Source of the DNA: Macrostomum hystrix
Taxonomy: Eukaryota > Animalia > Platyhelminthes
Direction: 5' to 3'
Assembly: GCA_950097015.1 (NCBI GenBank)
Contig: CATNEN010000025.1
Coordinates: 7,254,001 to 7,318,000, forward strand
Length of the DNA stretch: 64,000 nt
The position numbers and the translations under genes were made by a program. How positions within the stretch are numbered: position 1 is the stretch's first letter; every line of letters starts with the position of its first letter. Of the stretch, positions 15,001 to 27,700 are shown piece after piece. The notes under the pieces were generated by a model. That model had not been told where the DNA came from. It worked only from the letters and a program-made list of their open reading frames with translations, and made no database searches.

Positions 15001-18000
15001 CGCGTGTTGTAGTCGTCAAAACGGTGGTCTTCGGCTCGTGACAGGCCTTTAGCTCAGCCTTGATTTTGGTCGCCTTGCCGAGCTGCGTCTTCACTGTGAC
15101 GCGAACAAACTTCGGCAGCTTCGGCAGCTCTGGCAGTGCCACGTTCTCTAGATCGCTCGGTCGCAGTGCACTTCCTGGTCGAGGCGTCACCTTGTTCACC
15201 TGCACGTACTTCTCTGGCTTGTCCTCGTCGCCGACAAACACGGTCACCTCGCTCACCGAGTCGGGAGTGCTGCTCGAGAGCACCACCTTCATCAGGCTGG
15301 CAGTATTTGGCAGTTTAGTTACATCGAATGTCAGCTGAGTAACACTACCAGGCTGAACAGGTAGTCCGCGACCTCCAGGCAGCACCTCGTTTCTCTCACC
15401 GACTGGGACCTCCTTCTTCTCTGGCAGTTTCTCGACTCTGGTCAGGGCGCTGCGTGGCAGCTCGCCGCTCTCAAACAGTTTCACACTCTTGCGCAGGCAC
15501 TGGGCCGGTCGTCTGGTTGTGGTGGTCGCAGGCACAGGCGTTGTGGTCGTCTTTCCTCCCGCCGCCGGCAGAGATGGCATCGGGAAGGTGAGCTTCTCAG
15601 CAGCTGGTGTTCCGCGCGATCTGCCAGACGTGCTGGCTGCAGCGCGTGTTGTAGTCGTCAAAACGGTGGTCTTCGGCTCGTGACAGGCCTTTAGCTCAGC
15701 CTTGATTTTGGTCGCATTGCCGGGCTGCGTCTTCACTGTGACGCGAACAAACTTCGGCAGCTTCGGCAGCTCTGGCAGTGCCACGTTCTCTAGATCGCTC
15801 GGTCGCAGTGCACTTCCTGGTCGAGGCGTCACCTTGTTCACCTGCACGTACTTCTCTGGCTTGTCCTCGTCGCCGACAAACACGGTTACCTCGCTCACCG
15901 AGTCGGGAGTGCTGCTCGAGAGCACCACCTTCATCAGGCTGGCAGTATTTGGCAGTTTAGTTACATCGAAGGTCAGCTGAGTAACACTACCAGGCTGAAC
16001 AGGTAGCCCGCGACCTCCAGGCAGCACCTCGTTTCTCTCACCGACTGGGACCTCCTTCTTCTCTGGCAGTTTCTCGACTCTGGTCAGGGCGCTGCGTGGC
16101 AGCTCGCCGCTCTCAAACAGTTTCACACTCTTGCGCAGGCACTGGGCCGGTCGTCTGGTTGTGGTGGTCGCAGGCACAGGCGTTGTGGTCGTCTTTCCTC
16201 CCGCCGCCGGCAGAGATGGCATCGGGAAGGTGAGCTTCTCAGCAGCTGGTGTTCCGCGCGATCTGCCAGACGTGCTGGCTGCAGCGCGTGTTGTAGTCGT
16301 CAAAACGGTGGTCTTCGGCTCGTGACAGGCCTTTAGCTCAGCCTTGATTTTGGTCGCCTTGCCGGGCTGCGTCTTCACTGTGACGCGAACAAACTTCGGC
16401 AGCTTCGGCAGCTCTGGCAGTGCCACGTTCTCTAGATCGCTCGGTCGCAGTGCACTTCCTGGTCGAGGCGTCACCTTGTTCACCTGCACGTACTTCTCTG
16501 GCTTGTCCTCGTCGCCGACAAACACGGTCACCTCGCTCACCGAGTCGGGAGTGCTGCTCGAGAGCACCACCTTCATCAGGCTGGCAGTATTTGGCAGTTT
16601 AGTTACATCGAAGGTCAGCTGAGTAACACTACCAGGCTGAACAGGTAGTCCGCGACCTCCAGGCAGCACCTCGTTTCTCTCACCGACTGGGACCTCCTTC
16701 TTCTCTGGCAGTTTCTCGACTCTGGTCAGGGCGCTGCGTGGCAGCTCGCCGCTCTCAAACAGTTTCACACTCTTGCGCAGGCACTGGGCCGGTCGTCTGG
16801 TTGTGGTGGTCGCAGGCACAGGCGTTGTGGTCGTCTTTCCTCCCGCCGCCGGCAGAGATGGCATCGGGAAGGTGAGCTTCTCAGCAGCTGGTGTTCCGCG
16901 CGATCTGCCAGACGTGCTGGCTGCAGCGCGTGTTGTAGTCGTCAAAACGGTGGTCTTCGGCTCGTGACAGGCCTTTAGCTCAGCCTTGATTTTGGTCGCC
17001 TTGCCGGGCTGCGTCTTCACTGTGACGCGAACAAACTTCGGCAGCTTCGGCAGCTCTGGCAGTGCCACGTTCTCTAGATCGCTCGGTCGCAGTGCACTTC
17101 CTGGTCGAGGCGTCACCTTGTTCACCTGCACGTACTTCTCTGGCTTGTCCTCGTCGCCGACAAACACGGTCACCTCGCTCACCGAGTCGGGAGTGCTGCT
17201 CGAGAGCACCACCTTCATCAGGCTGGCAGTATTTGGCAGTTTAGTTACATCGAAGGTCAGCTGAGTAACACTACCAGGCTGAACAGGTAGCCCGCGACCT
17301 CCAGGCAGCACCTCGTTTCTCTCACCGACTGGGACCTCCTTCTTCTCTGGCAGTTTCTCGACTCTGGTCAGGGCGCTGCGTGGCAGCTCGCCGCTCTCAA
17401 ACAGTTTCACACTCTTGCGCAGGCACTGGGCCGGTCGTCTGGTTGTGGTGGTCGCAGGCACAGGCGTTGTGGTCGTCTTTCCTCCCGCCGCCGGCAGAGA
17501 TGGCATCGGGAAGGTGAGCTTCTCAGCAGCTGGTGTTCCGCGCGATCTGCCAGACGTGCTGGCTGCAGCGCGTGTTGTAGTCGTCAAAACGGTGGTCTTC
17601 GGCTCGTGACAGGCCTTTAGCTCAGCCTTGATTTTGGTCGCCTTGCCGGGCTGCGTCTTCACTGTGACGCGAACAAACTTCGGCAGCTTCGGCAGCTCTG
17701 GCAGTGCCACGTTCTCTAGATCGCTCGGTCGCAGTGCACTTCCTGGTCGAGGCGTCACCTTGTTCACCTGCACGTACTTCTCTGGCTTGTCCTCGTCGCC
17801 GACAAACACGGTCACCTCGCTCACCGAGTCGGGAGTGCTGCTCGAGAGCACCACCTTCATCAGGCTGGCAGTATTTGGCAGTTTAGTTACATCGAATGTC
17901 AGCTGAGTAACACTACCAGGCTGAACAGGTAGTCCGCGACCTCCAGGCAGCACCTCGTTTCTCTCACCGACTGGGACCTCCTTCTTCTCTGGCAGTTTCT

Positions 18001-18712
18001 CGACTCTGGTCAGGGCGCTGCGTGGCAGCTCGCCGCTCTCAAACAGTTTCACACTCTTGCGCAGGCACTGGGCCGGTCGTCTGGTTGTGGTGGTCGCAGG
18101 CACAGGCGTTGTGGTCGTCTTTCCTCCCGCCGCCGGCAGAGATGGCATCGGGAAGGTGAGCTTCTCAGCAGCTGGTGTTCCGCGCGATCTGCCAGACGTG
18201 CTGGCTGCAGCGCGTGTTGTAGTCGTCAAAACGGTGGTCTTCGGCTCGTGACAGGCCTTTAGCTCAGCCTTGATTTTGGTCGCCTTTCCGGGCTGCGTCT
18301 TCACTGTGACGCGAACAAACTTCGGCTGCTTCGGCAGCTCTGGCAGTGCCACGTTCTCTAGATCGCTCGGTCGCAGTGCACTTCCTGGTCGAGGCGTCAC
18401 CTTGTTCACCTGCACGTACTTCTCTGGCTTGTCCTCGTCGCCGACAAACACGGTTACCTCGCTCACCGAGTCGGGAGTGCTGCTCGAGAGCACCACCTTC
18501 ATCAGGCTGGCAGTATTTGGCAGTTTAGTTACATCGAAGGTCAGCTGAGTAACACTACCAGGCTGAACAGGTAGTCCGCGACCTCCAGGCAGCACCTCGT
18601 TTCTCTCACCGACTGGGACCTCCTTCTTCTCTGGCAGTTTCTCGACTCTGGTCAGGGCGCTGCGTGGCAGCTCGCCGCTCTCAAACAGTTTCACACTCTT
18701 GCTCAGGCACTG
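1..18712 (-). repeat. Coding tandem array A: at least 29 x 642 bp (214 aa)
   Basis: Shadow ORFs recur every 642 nt from 79 to 18057 (29 copies; spacing 643 across the two insertions). Unit CLRKSVKLFESGEL...AELKAC plus a Thr-rich linker. Confidence 0.97.
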
Positions 18713-21700
18713 GGCTAGAGTTTCTATCGATATCGTTACTTTGTTTGTTGTTTTCCATTTACTAGAAACTCTAGTAGCTGGAAATGTAGTTCTTCGTCCT
18801 GTTGTTCTTCTTCCAGGCACTGACGTCACTGTATCAGCGGCAGGCGTGCCCGCCTTCCGACTGTTAGTGCCAGCTGTGCTGCGACGAGTAGCTCTCGTTG
18901 TTCTGGCTGACGCTGTCGTCCTTGGCGTCGTTGTTGTCACTGGTCGCTTCTTGAGGCAAACCTTTACATCCAATGTGATCTTCACCGGCTTCTTGGAGTC
19001 TCTTCGAATCCGCACCTCGAGCACATCCGGAGTGCGTCTGGTCGGCGTCAATCGGATCGACTCCAGGTCTTCGCGACTCAAAGGCTCGTCGTCTGGCTGC
19101 TGTGCCCTGCCAACTGGTGTCCTCTCATTTCTGGTCACTTCTGTCACCGTCACTTTTGTGATTCTCTTTGGCTTGTCGGCCGTCACCTTGATCTCGGCGA
19201 CGCGAGAGCCTCTCGGCAGTCTGCTCAGATCGATCCGGATCAGAGTGTCGCCCTTTCTCAACGGCAGGCCAGGTCTGCCTGGCAACAGAGACGTCTTTGC
19301 CGGCTCTTCGTACGGCTCATTCTGAGGTACGCGCTTCACCTCAACAACGTCCTCTGGGCGTAGAACGTTGCTGTCGAATGCCATTTTCTTCGTGCACACG
19401 CGTCTCGGCTTGCCTGTTGTCAGCGCTGGGGTCTTGGTAGTCTTTCCAGTGGTCGTCCTTGTTGTTGTTGTTGTTCCCTGAGACGACTGCCTTCTTGTTG
19501 TCCTTGTTGTGCGTCCAGTTGTTCTTCTTCCAGGCACTGATGGCATGGGGAAGGTCACTGTTTCAGCGGCAGGCGTGCCCGCCTTCCGACTGGTAGTGCC
19601 AGCTGTGCTGCGACGAGTAGCTCTCGTTGTTCTGGCTGACGCTGTCGTCCTTGGCGTCGTTGTTGTCACTGGTCGCTTCTTGAGGCAAACCTTTACCTCC
19701 AATGTGATCTTCACCGGCTTCTTGGAGTCTCTTCGAATGCGCACCTCGAGCACATCCGGAGTGCGTCTGGTCGGCGTCAATCGGATCGACTCCAGGTCTT
19801 CGCGACTCAAAGGCTCGTCGTCTGGCTGCTGTGCCCTGCCAACTGGTGTCCTCTCATTTCTGGTCACTTCTGTCACCGTCACTTTTGTGATTCTCTTTGG
19901 CTTGTCGGCCGTCACCTTGATCTCGGCGACGCGAGAGCCTCTCGGCAGTCTGCTCAGATCGATCCGGATCAGAGTGTCGCCCTTTCTCAACGGCAGGCCA
20001 GGTCTGCCTGGCAACAGAGACGTCTTTGCCGGCTCTTCGTACGGCTCATTCTGAGGTACGCGCTTCACCTCAACAACGTCCTCTGGGCGTAGAACGTTGC
20101 TGTCGAATGCCATTTTCTTCGTGCACACGCGTCTCGGCTTGCCTGTTGTCAGCGCTGGGGTCTCGGTTGTCTTTCCAGTGGTCGTCCTTGTTGTTGTTGT
20201 TGTTCCCTGAGACGACTGCCTTCTTGTTGTCCTTGTTGTGCGTCCAGTTGTTCTTCTTCCAGGCACTGATGGCATGGGGAAGGTCACTGTTTCAGCGGCA
20301 GGCGTGCCCGCCTTCCGACTGGTAGTGCCAGCTGTGCTGCGACGAGTAGCTCTCGTTGTTCTGGCTGACGCTGTCGTCCTTGGCGTCGTTGTTGTCACTG
20401 GTCGCTTCTTGAGGCAAACCTTTACCTCCAATGTGATCTTCACCGGCTTCTTGGAGTCTCTTCGAATGCGCACCTCGAGCACATCCGGAGTGCGTCTGGT
20501 CGGCGTCAATCGGATCGACTCCAGGTCTTCGCGACTCAAAGGCTCGTCGTCTGGCTGCTGTGCCCTGCCAACTGGTGTCCTCTCATTTCTGGTCACTTCT
20601 GTCACCGTCACTTTTGTGATTCTCTTTGGCTTGTCGGCCGTCACCTTGATCTCGGCGACGCGAGAGCCTCTCGGCAGTCTGCTCAGATCGATCCGGATCA
20701 GAGTGTCGCCCTTTCTCAACGGCAGGCCAGGTCTGCCTGGCAACAGAGACGTCTTTGCCGGCTCTTCGTACGGCTCATTCTGAGGTACGCGCTTCACCTC
20801 AACAACGTCCTCTGGGCGTAGAACGTTGCTGTCGAATGCCATTTTCTTCGTGCACACGCGTCTCGGCTTGCCTGTTGTCAGCGCTGGGGTCTTGGTAGTC
20901 TTTCCAGTGGTCGTCCTTGTTGTTGTTGTTGTTCCCTGAGACGACTGCCTTCTTGTTGTCCTTGTTGTGCGTCCAGTTGTTCTTCTTCCAGGCACTGATG
21001 GCATGGGGAAGGTCACTGTTTCAGCGGCAGGCGTGCCCGCCTTCCGACTGGTAGTGCCAGCTGTGCTGCGACGAGTAGCTCTCGTTGTTCTGGCTGACGC
21101 TGTCGTCCTTGGCGTCGTTGTTGTCGCTGGTCGCTTCTTGAGGCAAACCTTTACCTCCAATGTGATCTTCACCGGCTTCTTGGAGTCTCTTCGAATGCGC
21201 ATCTCGAGCACATCCGGAGTGCGTCTGGTCGGCGTCAATCGGATCGACTCCAGGTCTTCGCGACTCAAAGGCTCGTCGTCTGGCTGCTGTGCCCTGCCAA
21301 CCGGTGTCCTCTCATTTCTGGTCACTTCTGTCACCGTCACTTTTGTGATTCTCTTTGGCTTGTCGGCCGTCACTTTGATCTCTGCGACGCGAGAGCCTCT
21401 CGGCAGTCTGCTCAGATCGATCCGGATCAGAGTGTCGCCCTTTCTCAACGGCAGGCCAGGTCTGCCTGGCAACAGAGACGTCTTTGCCGGCTCTTCGTAC
21501 GGCTCATTCTGAGGTACGCGCTTCACCTCAACAACGTCCTCTGGGCGTAGAACGTTGCTGTCGAATGCCATTTTCTTCGTGCACACGCGTCTCGGCTTGC
21601 CTGTTGTCAGCGCTGGGGTCTTGGTAGTCTTTCCAGTGGTCGTCCTTGTTGTTGTTGTTGTTCCCTGAGACGACTGCCTTCTTGTTGTCCTTGTTGTGCG

Positions 21701-24700
21701 TCCAGTTGTTCTTCTTCCAGGCACTGATGGCATGGGGAAGGTCACTGTTTCAGCGGCAGGCGTGCCCGCCTTCCGACTGGTAGTGCCAGCTGTGCTGCGA
21801 CGAGTAGCTCTCGTTGTTCTGGCTGACGCTGTCGTCCTTGGCGTCGTTGTTGTCACTGGTCGCTTCTTGAGGCAAACCTTTACCTCCAATGTGATCTTCA
21901 CCGGCTTCTTGGAGTCTCTTCGAATGCGCACCTCGAGCACATCCGGAGTGCGTCTGGTCGGCGTCAATCGGATCGACTCCAGGTCTTCGCGACTCAAAGG
22001 CTCGTCGTCTGGCTGCTGTGCCCTGCCAACTGGTGTCCTCTCATTTCTGGTCACTTCTGTCACCGTCACTTTTGTGATTCTCTTTGGCTTGTCGGCCGTC
22101 ACCTTGATCTCGGCGTCGCGAGAGCCTCTCGGCAGTCTGCTCAGATCGATCCGGATCAGAGTGTCGCCCTTTCTCAACGGCAGGCCAGGTCTGCCTGGCA
22201 ACAGAGACGTCTTTGCCGGCTCTTCGTACGGCTCATTCTGAGGTACGCGCTTCACCTCAACAACGTCCTCTGGGCGTAGAACGTTGCTGTCGAATGCCAT
22301 TTTCTTCGTGCACACGCGTCTCGGCTTGCCTGTTGTCAGCGCTGGGGTCTTGGTAGTCTTTCCAGTGGTCGTCCTTGTTGTTGTTGTTGTTCCCTGAGAC
22401 GACTGCCTTCTTGTTGTCCTTGTTGTGCGTCCAGTTGTTCTTCTTCCAGGCACTGATGGCATGGGGAAGGTCACTGTTTCAGCGGCAGGCGTGCCCGCCT
22501 TCCGACTGGTAGTGCCAGCTGTGCTGCGACGAGTAGCTCTCGTTGTTCTGGCTGACGCTGTCGTCCTTGGCGTCGTTGTTGTCACTGGTCGCTTCTTGAG
22601 GCAAACCTTTACCTCCAATGTGATCTTCACCGGCTTCTTGGAGTCTCTTCGAATGCGCACCTCGAGCACATCCGGAGTGCGTCTGGTCGGCGTCAATCGG
22701 ATCGACTCCAGGTCTTCGCGACTCAAAGGCTCGTCGTCTGGCTGCTGTGCCCTGCCAACTGGTGTCCTCTCATTTCTGGTCACTTCTGTCACCGTCACTT
22801 TTGTGATTCTCTTTGGCTTGTCGGCCGTCACCTTGATCTCGGCGACGCGAGAGCCTCTCGGCAGTCTGCTCAGATCGATCCGGATCAGAGTGTCGCCCTT
22901 TCTCAACGGCAGGCCAGGTCTGCCTGGCAACAGAGACGTCTTTGCCGGCTCTTCGTACGGCTCATTCTGAGGTACGCGCTTCACCTCAACAACGTCCTCT
23001 GGGCGTAGAACGTTGCTGTCGAATGCCATTTTCTTCGTGCACACGCGTCTCGGCTTGCCTGTTGTCAGCGCTGGGGTCTTGGTAGTCTTTCCAGTGGTCG
23101 TCCTTGTTGTTGTTGTTGTTCCCTGAGACGACTGCCTTCTTGTTGTCCTTGTTATGCGTCCAGTTGTTCTTCTTCCAGGCACTGATGGCATGGGGAAGGT
23201 CACTGTTTCAGCGGCAGGCGTGCCCGCCTTCCGACTGGTAGTGCCAGCTGTGCTGCGACGAGTAGCTCTCGTTGTTCTGGCTGACGCTGTCGTCCTTGGC
23301 GTCGTTGTTGTCACTGGTCGCTTCTTGAGGCAAACCTTTACCTCCAATGTGATCTTCACCGGCTTCTTGGAGTCTCTTCGAATGCGCACCTCGAGCACAT
23401 CCGGAGTGCGTCTGGTCGGCGTCAATCGGATCGACTCCAGGTCTTCGCGACTCAAAGGCTCGTCGTCTGGCTGCTGTGCCCTGCCAACTGGTGTCCTCTC
23501 ATTTCTGGTCACTTCTGTCACCGTCACTTTTGTGATTCTCTTTGGCTTGTCGGCCGTCACCTTGATCTCGGCGACGCGAGAGCCTCTCGGCAGTCTGCTC
23601 AGATCGATCCGGATCAGAGTGTCGCCCTTTCTCAACGGCAGGCCAGGTCTGCCTGGCAACAGAGACGTCTTTGCCGGCTCTTCGTACGGCTCATTCTGAG
23701 GTACGCGCTTCACCTCAACAACGTCCTCTGGGCGTAGAACGTTGCTGTCGAATGCCATTTTCTTCGTGCACACGCGTCTCGGCTTGCCTGTTGTCAGCGC
23801 TGGGGTCTTGGTAGTCTTTCCAGTGGTCGTCCTTGTTGTTGTTGTTGTTCCCTGAGACGACTGCCTTCTTGTTGTCCTTGTTGTGCGTCCAGTTGTTCTT
23901 CTTCCAGGCACTGATGGCATGGGGAAGGTCACTGTTTCAGCGGCAGGCGTGCCCGCCTTCCGACTGGTAGTGCCAGCTGTGCTGCGACGAGTAGCTCTCG
24001 TTGTTCTGGCTGACGCTGTCGTCCTTGGCGTCGTTGTTGTCACTGGTCGCTTCTTGAGGCAAACCTTTACCTCCAATGTGATCTTCACCGGCTTCTTGGA
24101 GTCTCTTCGAATGCGCACCTCGAGCACATCCGGAGTGCGTCTGGTCGGCGTCAATCGGATCGACTCCAGGTCTTCGCGACTCAAAGGCTCGTCGTCTGGC
24201 TGCTGTGCCCTGCCAACTGGTGTCCTCTCATTTCTGGTCACTTCTGTCACCGTCACTTTTGTGATTCTCTTTGGCTTGTCGGCCGTCACCTTGATCTCGG
24301 CGACGCGAGAGCCTCTCGGCAGTCTGCTCAGATCGATCCGGATCAGAGTGTCGCCCTTTCTCAACGGCAGGCCAGGTCTGCCTGGCAACAGAGACGTCTT
24401 TGCCGGCTCTTCGTACGGCTCATTCTGAGGTACGCGCTTCACCTCAACAACGTCCTCTGGGCGTAGAACGTTGCTGTCGAATGCCATTTTCTTCGTGCAC
24501 ACGCGTCTCGGCTTGCCTGTTGTCAGCGCTGGGGTCTTGGTAGTCTTTCCAGTGGTCGTCCTTGTTGTTGTTGTTGTTCCCTGAGACGACTGCCTTCTTG
24601 TTGTCCTTGTTATGCGTCCAGTTGTTCTTCTTCCAGGCACTGATGGCATGGGGAAGGTCACTGTTTCAGCGGCAGGCGTGCCCGCCTTCCGACTGGTAGT

Positions 24701-27700
24701 GCCAGCTGTGCTGCGACGAGTAGCTCTCGTTGTTCTGGCTGACGCTGTCGTCCTTGGCGTCGTTGTTGTCACTGGTCGCTTCTTGAGGCAAACCTTTACC
24801 TCCAATGTGATCTTCACCGGCTTCTTGGAGTCTCTTCGAATGCGCACCTCGAGCACATCCGGAGTGCGTCTGGTCGGCGTCAATCGGATCGACTCCAGGT
24901 CTTCGCGACTCAAAGGCTCGTCGTCTGGCTGCTGTGCCCTGCCAACTGGTGTCCTCTCATTTCTGGTCACTTCTGTCACCGTCACTTTTGTGATTCTCTT
25001 TGGCTTGTCGGCCGTCACCTTGATCTCGGCGACGCGAGAGCCTCTCGGCAGTCTGCTCAGATCGATCCGGATCAGAGTGTCGCCCTTTCTCAACGGCAGG
25101 CCAGGTCTGCCTGGCAACAGAGACGTCTTTGCCGGCTCTTCGTACGGCTCATTCTGAGGTACGCGCTTCACCTCAACAACGTCCTCTGGGCGTAGAACGT
25201 TGCTGTCGAATGCCATTTTCTTCGTGCACACGCGTCTCGGCTTGCCTGTTGTCAGCGCTGGGGTCTTGGTAGTCTTTCCAGTGGTCGTCCTTGTTGTTGT
25301 TGTTGTTCCCTGAGACGACTGCCTTCTTGTTGTCCTTGTTGTGCGTCCAGTTGTTCTTCTTCCAGGCACTGATGGCATGGGGAAGGTCACTGTTTCAGCG
25401 GCAGGCGTGCCCGCCTTCCGACTGGTAGTGCCAGCTGTGCTGCGACGAGTAGCTCTCGTTGTTCTGGCTGACGCTGTCGTCCTTGGCGTCGTTGTTGTCA
25501 CTGGTCGCTTCTTGAGGCAAACCTTTACCTCCAATGTGATCTTCACCGGCTTCTTGGAGTCTCTTCGAATGCGCACCTCGAGCACATCCGGAGTGCGTCT
25601 GGTCGGCGTCAATCGGATCGACTCCAGGTCTTCGCGACTCAAAGGCTCGTCGTCTGGCTGCTGTGCCCTGCCAACTGGTGTCCTCTCATTTCTGGTCACT
25701 TCTGTCACCGTCACTTTTGTGATTCTCTTTGGCTTGTCGGCCGTCACCTTGATCTCGGCGACGCGAGAGCCTCTCGGCAGTCTGCTCAGATCGATCCGGA
25801 TCAGAGTGTCGCCCTTTCTCAACGGCAGGCCAGGTCTGCCTGGCAACAGAGACGTCTTTGCCGGCTCTTCGTACGGCTCATTCTGAGGTACGCGCTTCAC
25901 CTCAACAACGTCCTCTGGGCGTAGAACGTTGCTGTCGAATGCCATTTTCTTCGTGCACACGCGTCTCGGCTTGCCTGTTGTCAGCGCTGGGGTCTTGGTA
26001 GTCTTTCCAGTGGTCGTCCTTGTTGTTGTTGTTGTTCCCTGAGACGACTGCCTTCTTGTTGTCCTTGTTGTGCGTCCAGTTGTTCTTCTTCCAGGCACTG
26101 ATGGCATGGGGAAGGTCACTGTTTCAGCGGCAGGCGTGCCCGCCTTCCGACTGGTAGTGCCAGCTGTGCTGCGACGAGTAGCTCTCGTTGTTCTGGCTGA
26201 CGCTGTCGTCCTTGGCGTCGTTGTTGTCACTGGTCGCTTCTTGAGGCAAACCTTTACCTCCAATGTGATCTTCACCGGCTTCTTGGAGTCTCTTCGAATG
26301 CGCACCTCGAGCACATCCGGAGTGCGTCTGGTCGGCGTCAATCGGATCGACTCCAGGTCTTCGCGACTCAAAGGCTCGTCGTCTGGCTGCTGTGCCCTGC
26401 CAACTGGTGTCCTCTCATTTCTGGTCACTTCTGTCACCGTCACTTTTGTGATTCTCTTTGGCTTGTCGGCCGTCACCTTGATCTCGGCGACGCGAGAGCC
26501 TCTCGGCAGTCTGCTCAGATCGATCCGGATCAGAGTGTCGCCCTTTCTCAACGGCAGGCCAGGTCTGCCTGGCAACAGAGACGTCTTTGCCGGCTCTTCG
26601 TACGGCTCATTCTGAGGTACGCGCTTCACCTCAACAACGTCCTCTGGGCGTAGAACGTTGCTGTCGAATGCCATTTTCTTCGTGCACACGCGTCTCGGCT
26701 TGCCTGTTGTCAGCGCTGGGGTCTTGGTAGTCTTTCCAGTGGTCGTCCTTGTTGTTGTTGTTGTTCCCTGAGACGACTGCCTTCTTGTTGTCCTTGTTGT
26801 GCGTCCAGTTGTTCTTCTTCCAGGCACTGATGGCATGGGGAAGGTCACTGTTTCAGCGGCAGGCGTGCCCGCCTTCCGACTGGTAGTGCCAGCTGTGCTG
26901 CGACGAGTAGCTCTCGTTGTTCTGGCTGACGCTGTCGTCCTTGGCGTCGTTGTTGTCACTGGTCGCTTCTTGAGGCAAACCTTTACCTCCAATGTGATCT
27001 TCACCGGCTTCTTGGAGTCTCTTCGAATGCGCACCTCGAGCACATCCGGAGTGCGTCTGGTCGGCGTCAATCGGATCGACTCCAGGTCTTCGCGACTCAA
27101 AGGCTCGTCGTCTGGCTGCTGTGCCCTGCCAACTGGTGTCCTCTCATTTCTGGTCACTTCTGTCACCGTCACTTTTGTGATTCTCTTTGGCTTGTCGGCC
27201 GTCACCTTGATCTCGGCGACGCGAGAGCCTCTCGGCAGTCTGCTCAGATCGATCCGGATCAGAGTGTCGCCCTTTCTCAACGGCAGGCCAGGTCTGCCTG
27301 GCAACAGAGACGTCTTTGCCGGCTCTTCGTACGGCTCATTCTGAGGTACGCGCTTCACCTCAACAACGTCCTCTGGGCGTAGAACGTTGCTGTCGAATGC
27401 CATTTTCTTCGTGCACACGCGTCTCGGCTTGCCTGTTGTCAGCGCTGGGGTCTTGGTAGTCTTTCCAGTGGTCGTCCTTGTTGTTGTTGTTGTTCCCTGA
27501 GACGACTGCCTTCTTGTTGTCCTTGTTGTGCGTCCAGTTGTTCTTCTTCCAGGCACTGATGGCATGGGGAAGGTCACTGTTTCAGCGGCAGGCGTGCCCG
27601 CCTTCCGACTGGTAGTGCCAGCTGTGCTGCGACGAGTAGCTCTCGTTGTTCTGGCTGACGCTGTCGTCCTTGGCGTCGTTGTTGTCACTGGTCGCTTCTT

